A DNA stretch of 64,000 bases, from assembly GCA_963836075.1 (NCBI GenBank), contig CAWIIB010000009.1, positions 2,304,001 through 2,368,000 of the forward strand. Reading direction: 5' to 3'. The notes beneath the pieces were generated by a model. The model was not told the DNA's origin, made no database searches, and worked only from the letters and a program-made list of their open reading frames with translations. The stretch's first letter is position 1. Each line of letters opens with the position of its first letter. Positions 32,254-42,527 of this stretch are shown here, one piece after another. Source of the DNA: an uncultured Acidobacteriota bacterium (GTDB taxonomy: Bacteria; Acidobacteriota; JAQAZP01). Made by a program: the position numbers and the translations under genes.

Positions 32254-33559
32254 GTGGACAAGATGAAAAAATGGGTCTATATCAGCGATATCGCCGGCCA
32301 CGTGGGCGAGGAGATCACGCTCAAGGGGTGGCTGGCCGGCCGTCGTTCCAGCGGCAAGATCCATTTCCTCCAGTTCCGTGACGGCACCGGGTTCATCCAG
32401 GGCGTGCTGGGCAAGGGCGATACTTCTCCCGAAGTGTTCGATCTGGCCGGGACCCTGACCCAGGAGTCCTCCCTGGAACTGGACGGGGTGGTCAAGGAAG
32501 ATCCCCGGAGCCCCAGCGGGTTCGAGCTGGGGATTACCGACGTCCGCCTGATCCACCTCACCGAGGATTACCCCATCACCCGCAAGGAGCACGGTGTCGA
32601 TTTCCTGATGGATCACCGCCACCTCTGGCTGCGCTCCAACCGCCAGCACGCCATCATCCGCGTGCGCAGCGAGATCGAGCAGGCCTTTCGAGACTATTAC
32701 TACGAGAGGGGTTTCGTGCTCATCGACAGCCCGATCCTCACCCCGGCGGCCTGCGAGGGGACCAGCACGCTTTTCGAGACCGACTACTTCGGCGAGCCGG
32801 CCTTTCTCAGCCAGAGCGGGCAGCTCTACCTCGAGCCGGCCTGTGCCGCCCATGCGCAAGGTCTACTGCTTCGGCCCCACCTTCCGGGCCGAGAAATCCA
32901 AGACCCGCCGCCACCTCACCGAGTTCTGGATGCTGGAGCCGGAGGTGGCCTTCGCCGAACTGGACGATGTCTGCGACCTGGCCGAGGATTTCCTCGTCTC
33001 GGTGGTGGCCCGGGTGCTCGACCGCTGCGGCGAGGAACTGAAACGCCTGGAGCGGGACACCGCACCGCTGGCCAATGTGGCCGGACCGCTGCCCCGGATC
33101 ACCTACACCGAGGCGGTGGAGATTCTGCAGCAGGCCGGGCTCGAATTCGAGTGGGGTGGAGACTTCGGCGCCCCCGACGAGACCGTGCTGGGCGAGAAGT
33201 TCGACCGGCCGGTGATGGTGACCCACTGGCCGGCCGAGGTGAAGGCCTTCTACATGGAGCGCGACCCCGAGAACCCGCACCTGGCCCTCGGCGTGGACGT
33301 GATCGCCCCCGAGGGGTATGGCGAGATCATCGGCGGCGGTGAGCGGATGTCCAGCCACGAGCAGCTGATCGGCCAGATCCGGGAGCACGAGCTCCCCGAG
33401 GCGGCGTTTCAGTGGTATCTCGATGTTCGCAAGTACGGATCGGTGCCCCACGGCGGTTTCGGCATCGGCCTGGAGCGGACCGTTGCCTGGATCTGCGGTC
33501 TGAAGCACGTCCGGGAGACCATCCCCTTCCCGCGGATGCTCAACCGGCTCTATCCCTGA
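32254..33559 (+). CDS. asnS: Asparagine--tRNA ligase, one apparent extra base near 32855
   Basis: N-part to [10 protein letters not shown]; other frame [24 protein letters not shown] to PHGGFG.GLER; deleting one base restores AAHGKVYC. Confidence 0.92.
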
Positions 33560-33567
33560 GCCCGGCA

Positions 33568-34921
33568 ATGAAAAGCCTCTGTCTGATCAATCTCGGCTGT
33601 CCCAAGAACCTGGTGGACGGCGAGGTCATGCTCGGCCGGCTGGCCGGGGCCGGGTTCCGCCCGGTGGCCGATCCCGCCGATGCCGAGGTGATCGTGGTCA
33701 ACACCTGCGGTTTCATCGAAGCGGCCCGGGAGGAGGCGGTGGACGTGATCCTCGATGCCGCCGGGTACAAGGAACGCGGCAGTTGCCGGACCCTGGTGGC
33801 GGCGGGTTGCCTGGTCCAGGACCAGCGGGAGGACCTGGCCGACGCGATCCCTGAGCTGGATGCGCTGGTGGGCCTTCACGACATCGACCGCATCGTCGAG
33901 ATCTGCGGCGGCACGGCCGGGGATCCGAGCTCGGCCGCGCGCAGCGGATTCTCGGCACCCCGCCACACCTGGCCTATCTCAAGATCGCCGAGGGGTGCGA
34001 CAACCGCTGCACCTTCTGCACCGTCCCCCGTATCCGCGGGCCGCTGATCAGCCGGCCGCAGGATGAGCTGATCGCCGAAGCCGCGGGACTGGCGGCCCGC
34101 GGGGTACGGGAACTGATACTGGTGGCCCAGGACACCACCGCTTACGGCCACGACCTGGACGGCGGACCGGCGGCACCGCCCGGCTGGTCTCGCTGCTCGA
34201 ATCGCTCAACGGAGATCCCCGGCCTGCTCCGCCTGCGCCTGATGTATTCCTATCCCGAGCGGCTGGATCACGAACTGGTCCGGGCCCTGGCGGATCTTCC
34301 CGCGCTCTGTCCCTACCTCGACATCCCGCTGCAGCACGTGTCGGCCCGACTGCTCCGGCGGATGGGGCGCGGCGCCGGCGCACCGGGCGGCACTGCCGGG
34401 CCGGAAACTTACGAGGAACTGGTCCGGATCGCTGCGCCGTGAGATCCCGGGTCTGGCCATCCGCACCTCCCTGATCGCCGGCTTTCCCGGGGAGAGCGAA
34501 GCCGAGTTCGAAGAGCTGGAGCAGTTCCTCATCCGCAACCGCCTGGACCACGTGGGAGTTTTTGCCTACTCTCCGGAGCCGGGCACCCCGGCGGCCCGGC
34601 TGCCCGACCTGCTGCCGCAGCAGGAAGCCGAGACCCGGCGCAACCGGTTGATGGAGGTGCAACAGTCGATCTCCCTGGAGCTGAACCGGGAAAAGGTGGG
34701 CCGGCGGATCCAGGTGCTGGTGGACGGTCCCTCGACGGAAACCGACCTCCTGCTGGAGGGCCGGATGGCGACCCAGGCCTTCGAGGTGGACGGTGTGGTG
34801 CTGATCAACGAGGGGCAGTTGCCGTGCCGGCGAACTGGTGGAGGTGGAACTGATCGAGGCGCACCCCTACGACCTGGTGGGCCGGGTTGTGGGGCGGGAG
34901 AAGGATGGCGATGAAATCTGA
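33568..34921 (+). CDS. rimO: Ribosomal protein S12 methylthiotransferase, interrupted by several apparent indels
   Basis: [50 protein letters not shown] and TRAM-end YDLVG appear in order across different frames. Confidence 0.88.
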
Positions 34922-35420
34922 GACCCCCACACTGACCGACCGGCTGGCCCTGCTCTGGGGCACCGGGTTCGGCACCGGCTATTCGCCGGTGGTCTCCGGG
35001 ACGGTGGGCACCCTGGTGGGGATCCCGCTCTACCTGCTTCTGCACCGGGTCACCTTTGTTCCCTGCGGCACGGCGGTGGGACTCGCCCTCTACCTCACGG
35101 TGACCGCACTGCTTTTCCTGGCCGGGGTGGCCGCGGCCACCCGCCTGGAGAAGCGCTTCCGCCGCAAGGATCCCGGCCAGGTGGTGGCCGACGAGGTGGT
35201 GGGCTACCTGGTGGCCACCTGTGCCATTGCTCCCTCCCTGGCCTCGGTGGTAATCACGTTTGTCCTCTTCCGGATCTTTGATATAGTGAAACCGTTTCCC
35301 GCGCGCCGGTCGGAGCGTCTGCCCGGCGGCTGGGGAATCATGGTCGACGACCTCTGGGCCGGTCTGTACGCCAACCTGGCGGCCCGGGTCTGTCTGTACG
35401 TGTGGGGCCTCGTCTCCTAG
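34905..35420 (+). CDS. pgpA: Phosphatidylglycerophosphatase A
   Basis: GT.GT, DPGQVV.DEV.G, FRIFDI.KPFP, GG.GIM.DD. Confidence 0.92.
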   Translation: MAMKSETPTLTDRLALLWGTGFGTGYSPVVSGTVGTLVGIPLYLLLHRVTFVPCGTAVGLALYLTVTALLFLAGVAAATRLEKRFRRKDPGQVVADEVVGYLVATCAIAPSLASVVITFVLFRIFDIVKPFPARRSERLPGGWGIMVDDLWAGLYANLAARVCLYVWGLVS

Positions 35421-36412
35421 TGGATGTCCTCAGAGATTTCGAGATGGATGATCTGGCCCGCCTGGTGCGGCAGCGGGGGGACGATCGTCCGGCGGTGGTC
35501 ACCATCGGCAATTTCGACGGCCTGCACCAGGGCCACCGGCTGATCCTCGACACGGTTCTCCGGCGCAGTGTGGAAATCGGCGGCCAGAGCATACTGATCA
35601 CCTTCGATCCTCACCCCCAGCGGGTTATCCGCCCCCAGTCGGCACCGCCGCTGCTGATGACCATTGATCAAAAGGCTCGGCTCCTGGAACTGCTCGGTTT
35701 TGACCTGCTGCTGGTCATCCCCTTCAGCCCGGAAATGGCTGTCCGGACGGCCGGCCAGTTTGTGGAACGCGTTTTGTTGCGGTCCCTCCGCACGGTTGAG
35801 GTGCACGTGGGCTCGAACTTCCACTTCGGGCACCGCAAGGAGGGCAATCTCGATTTCCTCCGCAAAATGGGCCGGCTCCACGGCTTTCTGGCCCACGGGG
35901 TGCGCGAAGTGGAGGCCGGTGGTGCGGTGGTCAGCAGTTCCCGGATCCGCCAGGCCCTCCAGGAGGGTGACGTCGAGTTGGCCGGCGAACTGCTGGGCTA
36001 CCCCTTTCACGTGACCGGGCGGATCGTCCACGGCGCCGGCCGCGGCCGGAAGCTGAAATTCCCCACCGCCAACCTGGCCAGCGACGGTGAGATCCTGCCC
36101 CGTCACGGCGTCTACCTCACCCGTTTCGAGATCAAGGGCAGCACCCTGAGCGGCTTGACCAATGTGGGGGTCAACCCCACATTTGGTGAGCAGAAGCTCA
36201 GCGTGGAAACCTATCTCCTCGATTTCGACGGCAACATCTACGACGAGACCGCCCGCCTGTTTTTCCTCAAAAGAGTTCGAGAAGAGATTCGCTTTCCCGA
36301 TGCGGAGGCGCTGGTGGCCCGGATCGAAAAGGATCTGGAGGTGGCCCGTGAGTACTTCGGGCTCCCCGAGCCGCTGGGCGCGGGGCTGACGCCGGGCCGG
36401 GCCGGCGGGTGA
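35420..36412 (+). CDS. ribF: Bifunctional riboflavin kinase/FAD synthetase
   Basis: TIGNFDGLH.GH, VSSS.IR, G.GR...FPTAN, NVG.NPT, VETYLLDF. Confidence 0.95.
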   Translation: MDVLRDFEMDDLARLVRQRGDDRPAVVTIGNFDGLHQGHRLILDTVLRRSVEIGGQSILITFDPHPQRVIRPQSAPPLLMTIDQKARLLELLGFDLLLVIPFSPEMAVRTAGQFVERVLLRSLRTVEVHVGSNFHFGHRKEGNLDFLRKMGRLHGFLAHGVREVEAGGAVVSSSRIRQALQEGDVELAGELLGYPFHVTGRIVHGAGRGRKLKFPTANLASDGEILPRHGVYLTRFEIKGSTLSGLTNVGVNPTFGEQKLSVETYLLDFDGNIYDETARLFFLKRVREEIRFPDAEALVARIEKDLEVAREYFGLPEPLGAGLTPGRAGG

Positions 36413-36484
36413 TCATGGGCGAATAGACTGCGTCGCCGCCGCGTAGGATGCCTGAAGTGAATCCCCGGTCCCGGGGCAGCTGTG

Positions 36485-36766
36485 CTATTTGAACAGGTCG
36501 TCAAAGGCGCTGCGCGCATGGTTCTGCCGGTGCTCGCCGCCGGCGGCGGTGGAGCTGTTCATTTCGAAGAACTCGCAGAAGTTGCTCCGGTCACGGACGC
36601 CGACAAATTCAGCAATCGGTTCATCGCACTTGTTATGCGCACTCTCATTGTAGAACCGGCAGTTCAGGCAGCACCTGACGTCGCTGCGGCAGTGCGGGCA
36701 GACATCGTCGCGGCTGATCTTGCCCTCGACCGGAATCTTCCTGTGGCAGTGATGGCAAGTGGACAC
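36485..36766 (-). CDS. Small Cys-rich hypothetical protein (probable metal binding)
   Basis: CHHC, CPHC, CCLNC, NFC..F; GTG start with GGAGG RBS. Confidence 0.75.
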   Translation of the reverse strand: MSTCHHCHRKIPVEGKISRDDVCPHCRSDVRCCLNCRFYNESAHNKCDEPIAEFVGVRDRSNFCEFFEMNSSTAAGGEHRQNHARSAFDDLFK

Positions 36767-36879
36767 GGTGGTCGCCTCCCGTGGCTGAAACCGACTCCAA
36801 TCAATCGTAGCTCCCGCCTTCCGGGCTGTCAACGGTATGCGGGGTTCGGAACCCGGGCGGGCCTCTGCCGCTGGAATCA

Positions 36880-37569
36880 ATGAAGCGATCCAGGACCAGA
36901 AAAGACGCCGAAACCTTTCCCTCACCAACCCGTATACACGAGGTGGAGGCGGAACCCGGCGGCCCGGAGCGGGCCACCGACGAGGAGATCGTCGGCCGGG
37001 TGCTGGCCGGTGAGCGGGAGCTTTTCGAAGAACTGGTGGTGCGCTACCAGCGCCGGATCATGCACTACCTGACCCGAATGGTGAAGGACCCGGATCTGGC
37101 CGAGGACCTGGCCCAGGTGACCTTTGTCAAGGCATATACCGCTCTGGACTCTTTCGATCCGCAATACCGGTTCACCACCTGGGTCTACCGCATCGCGTCG
37201 AACGCAGCCATCGACCACCTCCGCCGGAACCGAATACGGCCGTTCTCTCTGGATCAGCCGCTGGAGACCGAAGACGGGACTTTGGAGCAGCAGATCCGTG
37301 CCCCTGGTCCCGCGCCGGATGAACTGGCCGGCCAGGGAGAGGTCCGGGTGCTGCTCCGTAAGGCGGTTGACCGGCTGCCGTCGGAATACCGGCAGTTGAT
37401 CGCCCTGCGGCACGGTTCGGACTGTAGTTACGAGGAGATCTGCTCAATCACCGGCCTGCCCATGGGCACGGTGAAAAACCGGCTTTTCCGGGCGCGAAAC
37501 CTGCTGCGGGACATACTCGCCGGCAGCGAACTCCAGCGCGGTCCGGACCGGGAGGAGGGCATGGCGTGA
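36880..37569 (+). CDS. ECF sigma-70 family factor
   Basis: AEDLAQ.TF, F.TW.YRIA.N, SYEEI..ITGLP.GTVK.RL.RAR. Confidence 0.93.
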   Translation: MKRSRTRKDAETFPSPTRIHEVEAEPGGPERATDEEIVGRVLAGERELFEELVVRYQRRIMHYLTRMVKDPDLAEDLAQVTFVKAYTALDSFDPQYRFTTWVYRIASNAAIDHLRRNRIRPFSLDQPLETEDGTLEQQIRAPGPAPDELAGQGEVRVLLRKAVDRLPSEYRQLIALRHGSDCSYEEICSITGLPMGTVKNRLFRARNLLRDILAGSELQRGPDREEGMA

Positions 37570-38171
37570 CCAGGGAACATCAGCACCCCCAGGCGGAAGA
37601 GCTTCAGGCCCGGTTGGACGGCCAGTTGTCCCTGGAGGAACAGCGGGAGGTGGACGCTCACCTCCAGGGGTGTGCCCGCTGCTGCGGGGAACGTGCTGCT
37701 CTTGAACTGCTCTTTGGTGAACTGGCGGCCCTCGAGCAGACCGCCGGGCCGGAACCCGGCCCGCGTTTCTCCCGCCGGGTGATGGCGGAGATCCTGAGGC
37801 GGGAGACAGAGGCTCGGGTGCGCCGGAACCGCGTGATGGTGCCGGCCGCCGCGGCCGTCTTTCTCGCCCTGGTGCTGGCTCTATGGCTGGCGCCGTCCCC
37901 CGGTCTGCCGCTGGGCGCCGGCGCCGGCGGTGGCCCGGCCTTTCACGTGCTGGTGGGCGCCATGCTGAAAGTCGTGCACAGCGGAGCGGTGATGGTCGCC
38001 GAAGGACTGGATCTGGCGTTCCGGCTGGCCCGCACCACCTCCGCCCTCCTGGCGGCGTTGCCCGGGACGGTCTGGGCGGCCTGTCTGGTCCTGTTCTTCG
38101 CCGTCCACGGCGCCCTGGCCCTCCTGCTTCAGGACTATGCCAGGCGGAACTACGGGAGCATCCGGTCATGA
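37566..38171 (+). CDS. Zinc-finger (ZAS) anti-sigma factor, membrane-anchored
   Basis: HLQGCARC (HxxxCxxC), TM helices; overlaps the sigma stop. Confidence 0.85.
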   Translation: MTREHQHPQAEELQARLDGQLSLEEQREVDAHLQGCARCCGERAALELLFGELAALEQTAGPEPGPRFSRRVMAEILRRETEARVRRNRVMVPAAAAVFLALVLALWLAPSPGLPLGAGAGGGPAFHVLVGAMLKVVHSGAVMVAEGLDLAFRLARTTSALLAALPGTVWAACLVLFFAVHGALALLLQDYARRNYGSIRS

Positions 38172-39112
38172 TCGATCTGCCCAGACCCTCACTTCACCGC
38201 TTCCTCATGCTCCTCCTGGTTACGCTGGTTCTGTTGCCGGTGCTTCCGGCGGTGGCGGACGCTGCCGAGCCGAACACCATTTATGGCCGTGACCTGGTGA
38301 TCGATCTCGGGGAGGTGATTGCACGGGATGTAATGGTGGTCTTCGGCTCGGTGACCGTGGACGGTGTGGCCGAGCGCGACGTGGCCACCTTCGGCGGCTC
38401 GGTCAAGGTTCGGGGTGCGGTGCAGGGATCGGTGATCGCCCTTGGCGGCTCGGTGGACATTGAAACGGCGGGGAAAGTGGAAGGCGACCTGATCTGTTTT
38501 GGCGGAACGGTGAGCCAGGAGACCCGGGAGCGGGTGGCGGGGAAAGTGGTGATGCTCGGGTCTCCCGGGCGCCTTTTCGGTCTCGGTGGCCAGAGCGTCG
38601 ACGACATGCCGGTTGGGTTCCTCCAGTCCCTGCGGTGGCCGCTGGTCTTGCTGCTGGGCTGGCTGGTGGTGGCCCTGGTGGTGGGGCTGGCTTTCCCGGG
38701 GCAGGTGGCGGTGGCCGCCGGGGAACTGGCCCGCAGGCCGCTGTTCAACGGTCTGGCCGGGCTCCTGGGAGTGGCCGCCCTCTGTCTGTCGCTGGCCGCA
38801 TCGGTGCTTCTCTCCCTCCTGATTGTCGGCATCCCCCTGCTGGTGATCTTTTTCGTCACCGGCCTGGTGCTCAAGGTGTTCGGCATGGTGGCCGTATTCC
38901 ACCTGGTGGGCCGCTGGATTGGCGGTCGAACGGCCGGTGGCGACCCCAACCCGCTGCTGCTCACCATGCTCGGCTTTTTCGCTGTGGGTCTGGTCCGCCT
39001 CATCCCCTGGGCCGGTCAACTGGTCTGGTTGCTGGCCGGTATCATGGGAATCGGGGTCGCCCTGACCACCAAGTTCGGGTCGGGGGCCCGGTGGTTTCGT
39101 CTGAGAGGCTGA
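38168..39112 (+). CDS. Membrane protein with N-terminal bactofilin-like beta-helix repeats
   Basis: Signal peptide, V.GDV...GG.V.V.G repeats, several C-terminal TM helices. Confidence 0.75.
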   Translation: MIDLPRPSLHRFLMLLLVTLVLLPVLPAVADAAEPNTIYGRDLVIDLGEVIARDVMVVFGSVTVDGVAERDVATFGGSVKVRGAVQGSVIALGGSVDIETAGKVEGDLICFGGTVSQETRERVAGKVVMLGSPGRLFGLGGQSVDDMPVGFLQSLRWPLVLLLGWLVVALVVGLAFPGQVAVAAGELARRPLFNGLAGLLGVAALCLSLAASVLLSLLIVGIPLLVIFFVTGLVLKVFGMVAVFHLVGRWIGGRTAGGDPNPLLLTMLGFFAVGLVRLIPWAGQLVWLLAGIMGIGVALTTKFGSGARWFRLRG

Positions 39113-39374
39113 CCCCCATGGTTATCGATCCATCCTCTTGATCTTTCTTGAGTTCCCGACATTTCTAAACGTTTTCCCCCACTGTGCCGATATGAAATTC
39201 GGGAGCCGGTTTCGTTCGGCTCCTGCCAGTGGCGGGACCCAGTCCCCCCTCCGGCTCAGGGGTACACAAGGAATGCGAATTTCGCACCTATCAAGCCCGG
39301 CTCAGGAACCCGGGCAGTGGGACCGATGCAGATTCTGAGGACGACCAGTGCCGCGCTAAGGAGCAAGTTGGTTT

Positions 39375-39791
39375 ATGGCCAAAACACGTTGGGATGCGGA
39401 CGGGGAGGAATCAGGCTCGAAGCTCCTCTCGGCGGCCGGCAATTCCGAGATCAGTCCCATGGACTGGGTGGGGAAGGCCGGCACGGAGGAGGCCAACCTT
39501 GGCGAAGACGATCCCGGCGGTGTTGAGACATCCCTGGTGCGGGGTGGGGCGCTGCACGAAGTCTTTCGGCTGATTCACAAGATAAACAATCATCTCCAGG
39601 TGATTACGATCAATGCCGAGATGATGGAAATGATGAACGGAAATTCGAACCGCTACATCTCGAAAATCATGGACGCCGCCATCACCATCCGGGAGCAGAT
39701 GGACGATTTTCGTGATACGCACGGGGGCCAGAATCGACGCCTGCGGGATGTGGTCGATAAACTGGATCTCGATGACTTCGGCATAGGCTAG
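39375..39791 (+). CDS. Small protein with isolated HisKA-like H-box
   Basis: LIHKINNHLQVITINAEM resembles kinase H-box; no ATPase domain; start uncertain. Confidence 0.6.
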   Translation: MAKTRWDADGEESGSKLLSAAGNSEISPMDWVGKAGTEEANLGEDDPGGVETSLVRGGALHEVFRLIHKINNHLQVITINAEMMEMMNGNSNRYISKIMDAAITIREQMDDFRDTHGGQNRRLRDVVDKLDLDDFGIG

Positions 39792-39893
39792 TTGTGCACC
39801 CGGTCCCGAGCGCAGACGACTCCGCGCGCGAGGCCCTGGTTCTGCGGTCTCCGAGCCGGCCCCGGAATGTCGAACACGCGTCGGGTGTGGGAA

Positions 39894-39922
39894 TTGACTC
39901 TCTGGCGGATTTCCATTACATT
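39894..39922 (+). promoter_or_regulatory. Putative sigma-70 promoter
   Basis: TTGACT-17 nt-TACATT. Confidence 0.6.
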
Positions 39923-40093
39923 TTCGCCCGTAAGGGTGCCATGGGCGTTGTGTGGCTCCGCATCTCCCCGTAGCCGTTCCCATCCCGTAACCGAGAACAG
40001 ACGATTCAGTCACGGCCGCCCCCGCCCGATACAGCAGCTCGGCAACCTGTGTCCTGGCCGAAAGCAGGAAGAGACAACGAGGCTCTGAGACCC

Positions 40094-42451
40094 ATGGAAC
40101 GGATCGCCAGGGACATCCGGCGCCAGATCAAGCGGGAGGAGACCTTTCGGGGGATTCTCCATACGCTGGCCGGGACCGCTGCCCTGGAAACCCGTCTGGC
40201 CGCAGCCCTGGCCGGCCTCTCCCGGCTGATCTCCTTCGATGCCTTTGAGCTCAGTTATCCCGACCCGGCCGGCGGGCCGTCCTGGTTTGCGCTCCTGGCG
40301 GACCGCGAGGCCCTCTCCTCGGCCGCCGGGTTCCGCCGGCGGACCGTGACCCATCCCGGCCGGTCGGACGGCCCTGCCGCCAAGGCCCTGCTGTTGCGCA
40401 GCCCCATCTCGATGGATCGTTTCGCTTCGGCCGGTGCCGGCAGAATGCCGGAGGGGATCGATGCTTCACTGACCATCCCCCTCTTTTGCGGCACCGAGAT
40501 CACCGGGCTGATGGCCGTCTACTCCCGGCGCAGCGGCAGTTTTGCCCACGGGGATGTGGGTCTGCTGCAGCAGTTCGGCGACCTGGTCACCCTGGCCCTG
40601 GAGCAGCAGAGAGCGGCGGCGAACCTGAACCATGGCGGAGAGATGGCGCAGCGGCTGGGACATCGCCTGCCGGCGGTGTCCTCCTGTTCGCGAAGCACCC
40701 ACTACCTGGCCGACCTGGAGAAGGTGCTCGGTGAAGTGTTCTCCCTCCGCGGCTTCCGGCTTTTCGAGGTCCGGATGGGGTCGGGGGTGGCTGACCTGGT
40801 GGAACAATTCCCCGGACGGTCCGAGGGTGGCTCACCGCCGGACGAGGGGCGGCGGACGCGGTTTCCCGCTTCCGACCTGTCCCTGGTTTCCGGGGGCGAG
40901 ATCAAGGTCGCCGCCCAGGGTCGCGACGCGGACGCCCTGCAGCGTTTGGCGGCGCCATACGATATGTCTTCGGCCACGGTGTTCATCCCGCTCCGCGTGG
41001 AGCGGGAGCCGGCCTGGTTGGTCACCGCCGCCGGCGACCCGGCTCTGTTGGGCGAGCCCACCACGGTCAGCCTGCTGCGGATCCTGCAGAACACGGTGGA
41101 GCAGGCGCTGTCCGGAATGACGGTGTACCGCGGCCTCCGCTCGGACGTGGCCCGGCTCACCGGTCTGTTGTCCCTGGCCAAGATCCTCACCGAGCTATCC
41201 CCGGAGAGCGGCGTGTTCCAGGTGGTGATCGACAAGATCGGAGAGTTGATCGACTTCGATGGCTGCACGATCTACGTGCTGGACGGCGACGAACCGGATC
41301 TGGTGCCGGTGGTCTCCAACGAGGATCCGGGTCCCGGCGGCGTATCGGGAGCCGGCAGGAACCGCCGCCGGCAGTGGCTGGACAGCGTACTGCAGCTGGG
41401 CGAGGCCAGAATGCTCAACGGTGTCGGTAGCAGCGAGGGGGCGGGCGAGCACCTGATGGCCAGCCCGATGCTGCACAAGGGCCGGCCGTTCGGCATCTTC
41501 TGCATCCAGCGCGGCGGACATCGGCCGTTCAGCGCAGAGGACCTCTCCCTGCTCACCACCCTCGCCGGGTTCACCGCCGACGCCATGCACCGTTCGCTGC
41601 GCCAGCAGGAACAGCTGTCCCTGCACCGGGCGTTCAGCCTGGTGGACCAGCACGCCGGCGAAGGGATCCTCTTCCTCGACGGCCGGATGAAAATCACCCG
41701 GACCAGCCGCGAGGCGCTTCGGCTCCTGGGGTGCTCGGCGGGCGAGCTTCTGGGTCATGACCTGCGGGAGCACCTCTTCCGCAACGGGCCGGAGGCCGAC
41801 GGCCTGCTGGAGCAGCTGCTGGCGGGGAAGAAGGTCGAAGGGTTCCGCACCTACGCCCGTCCGGCCAGCGATGCCCCGGTTCCGGTGGTGCTCACTGCCG
41901 CCCTGCAGGACCAGGTGGCCGGCGCTGCCGGTGGCCTGGTTCTCGTGCTCCGCGACGCCACCCAACGGTTGCGTCTGGAAAACCAGTTGAAGAAAGCGGC
42001 GGTCACCGATCCGCTCACCGGGCTGAAAAATCGCCACGAGGCATACCCGGCCCTGGCTGCCGAACTGGGGCGGGGGCTTAGCCGGGACCGTTTTCTCTCC
42101 GCGCTGCTCTTCAGGGTGCGGGAACTGGATGAGTTCAACGTCCGGCACGGCTGGCTGGAGGGAGACAAGATGGTCCAGGAGGTGGGCGGGATCATCAGCA
42201 AGCGGATTCGATGCCACATGGACGCCGCCTATCGCTTTGGTGACGGCGCCTTCCTGGTGATCATGCCCGACACCCCCGGCCGGGATGCCGAGGCGGCTTC
42301 GCGGCGGATTCTCGGCGGGGTGGACCAGGGCTACAGCGGGCGCATCGTGCTGGATGCCGCGGTGACCCAGAGCCGTTTCGCCGACACTCCGGACACCATT
42401 CTCCAGCGGTTGTTCACCCGCCTCGAGGGTCCGGAGTCGGCTCTTCCCTGA
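40094..42451 (+). CDS. GAF/GAF/PAS/degenerate GGDEF protein
   Basis: GAF motifs, PAS, TDPLTGL.NR, active-site loop YRFGDGAF. Confidence 0.85.
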   Translation: MERIARDIRRQIKREETFRGILHTLAGTAALETRLAAALAGLSRLISFDAFELSYPDPAGGPSWFALLADREALSSAAGFRRRTVTHPGRSDGPAAKALLLRSPISMDRFASAGAGRMPEGIDASLTIPLFCGTEITGLMAVYSRRSGSFAHGDVGLLQQFGDLVTLALEQQRAAANLNHGGEMAQRLGHRLPAVSSCSRSTHYLADLEKVLGEVFSLRGFRLFEVRMGSGVADLVEQFPGRSEGGSPPDEGRRTRFPASDLSLVSGGEIKVAAQGRDADALQRLAAPYDMSSATVFIPLRVEREPAWLVTAAGDPALLGEPTTVSLLRILQNTVEQALSGMTVYRGLRSDVARLTGLLSLAKILTELSPESGVFQVVIDKIGELIDFDGCTIYVLDGDEPDLVPVVSNEDPGPGGVSGAGRNRRRQWLDSVLQLGEARMLNGVGSSEGAGEHLMASPMLHKGRPFGIFCIQRGGHRPFSAEDLSLLTTLAGFTADAMHRSLRQQEQLSLHRAFSLVDQHAGEGILFLDGRMKITRTSREALRLLGCSAGELLGHDLREHLFRNGPEADGLLEQLLAGKKVEGFRTYARPASDAPVPVVLTAALQDQVAGAAGGLVLVLRDATQRLRLENQLKKAAVTDPLTGLKNRHEAYPALAAELGRGLSRDRFLSALLFRVRELDEFNVRHGWLEGDKMVQEVGGIISKRIRCHMDAAYRFGDGAFLVIMPDTPGRDAEAASRRILGGVDQGYSGRIVLDAAVTQSRFADTPDTILQRLFTRLEGPESALP

Positions 42452-42466
42452 TCTGGTCCGTACAGC

Positions 42467-42507
42467 AAAACCCCGACTGTGGTTCGGGGCCGCAGTCGGG
42501 GTTTTTT
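42467..42507. terminator. Bidirectional intrinsic terminator
   Basis: AAAACCCCGACTGTGG...CCGCAGTCGGGGTTTTTT between convergent genes. Confidence 0.85.
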
Positions 42508-42527
42508 CTTCCAGCAGTTGCCGGCGT

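Noticed and set aside
32845-32865. Programmed frameshift in asnS
   Set aside because: No slippery sequence; neighbouring rimO has several more indels, favouring sequence error
39113-39374. Hairpin-rich intergenic region, possible ncRNA
   Set aside because: No recognisable RNA family motif or clear terminator; GC-rich hairpins are expected by chance
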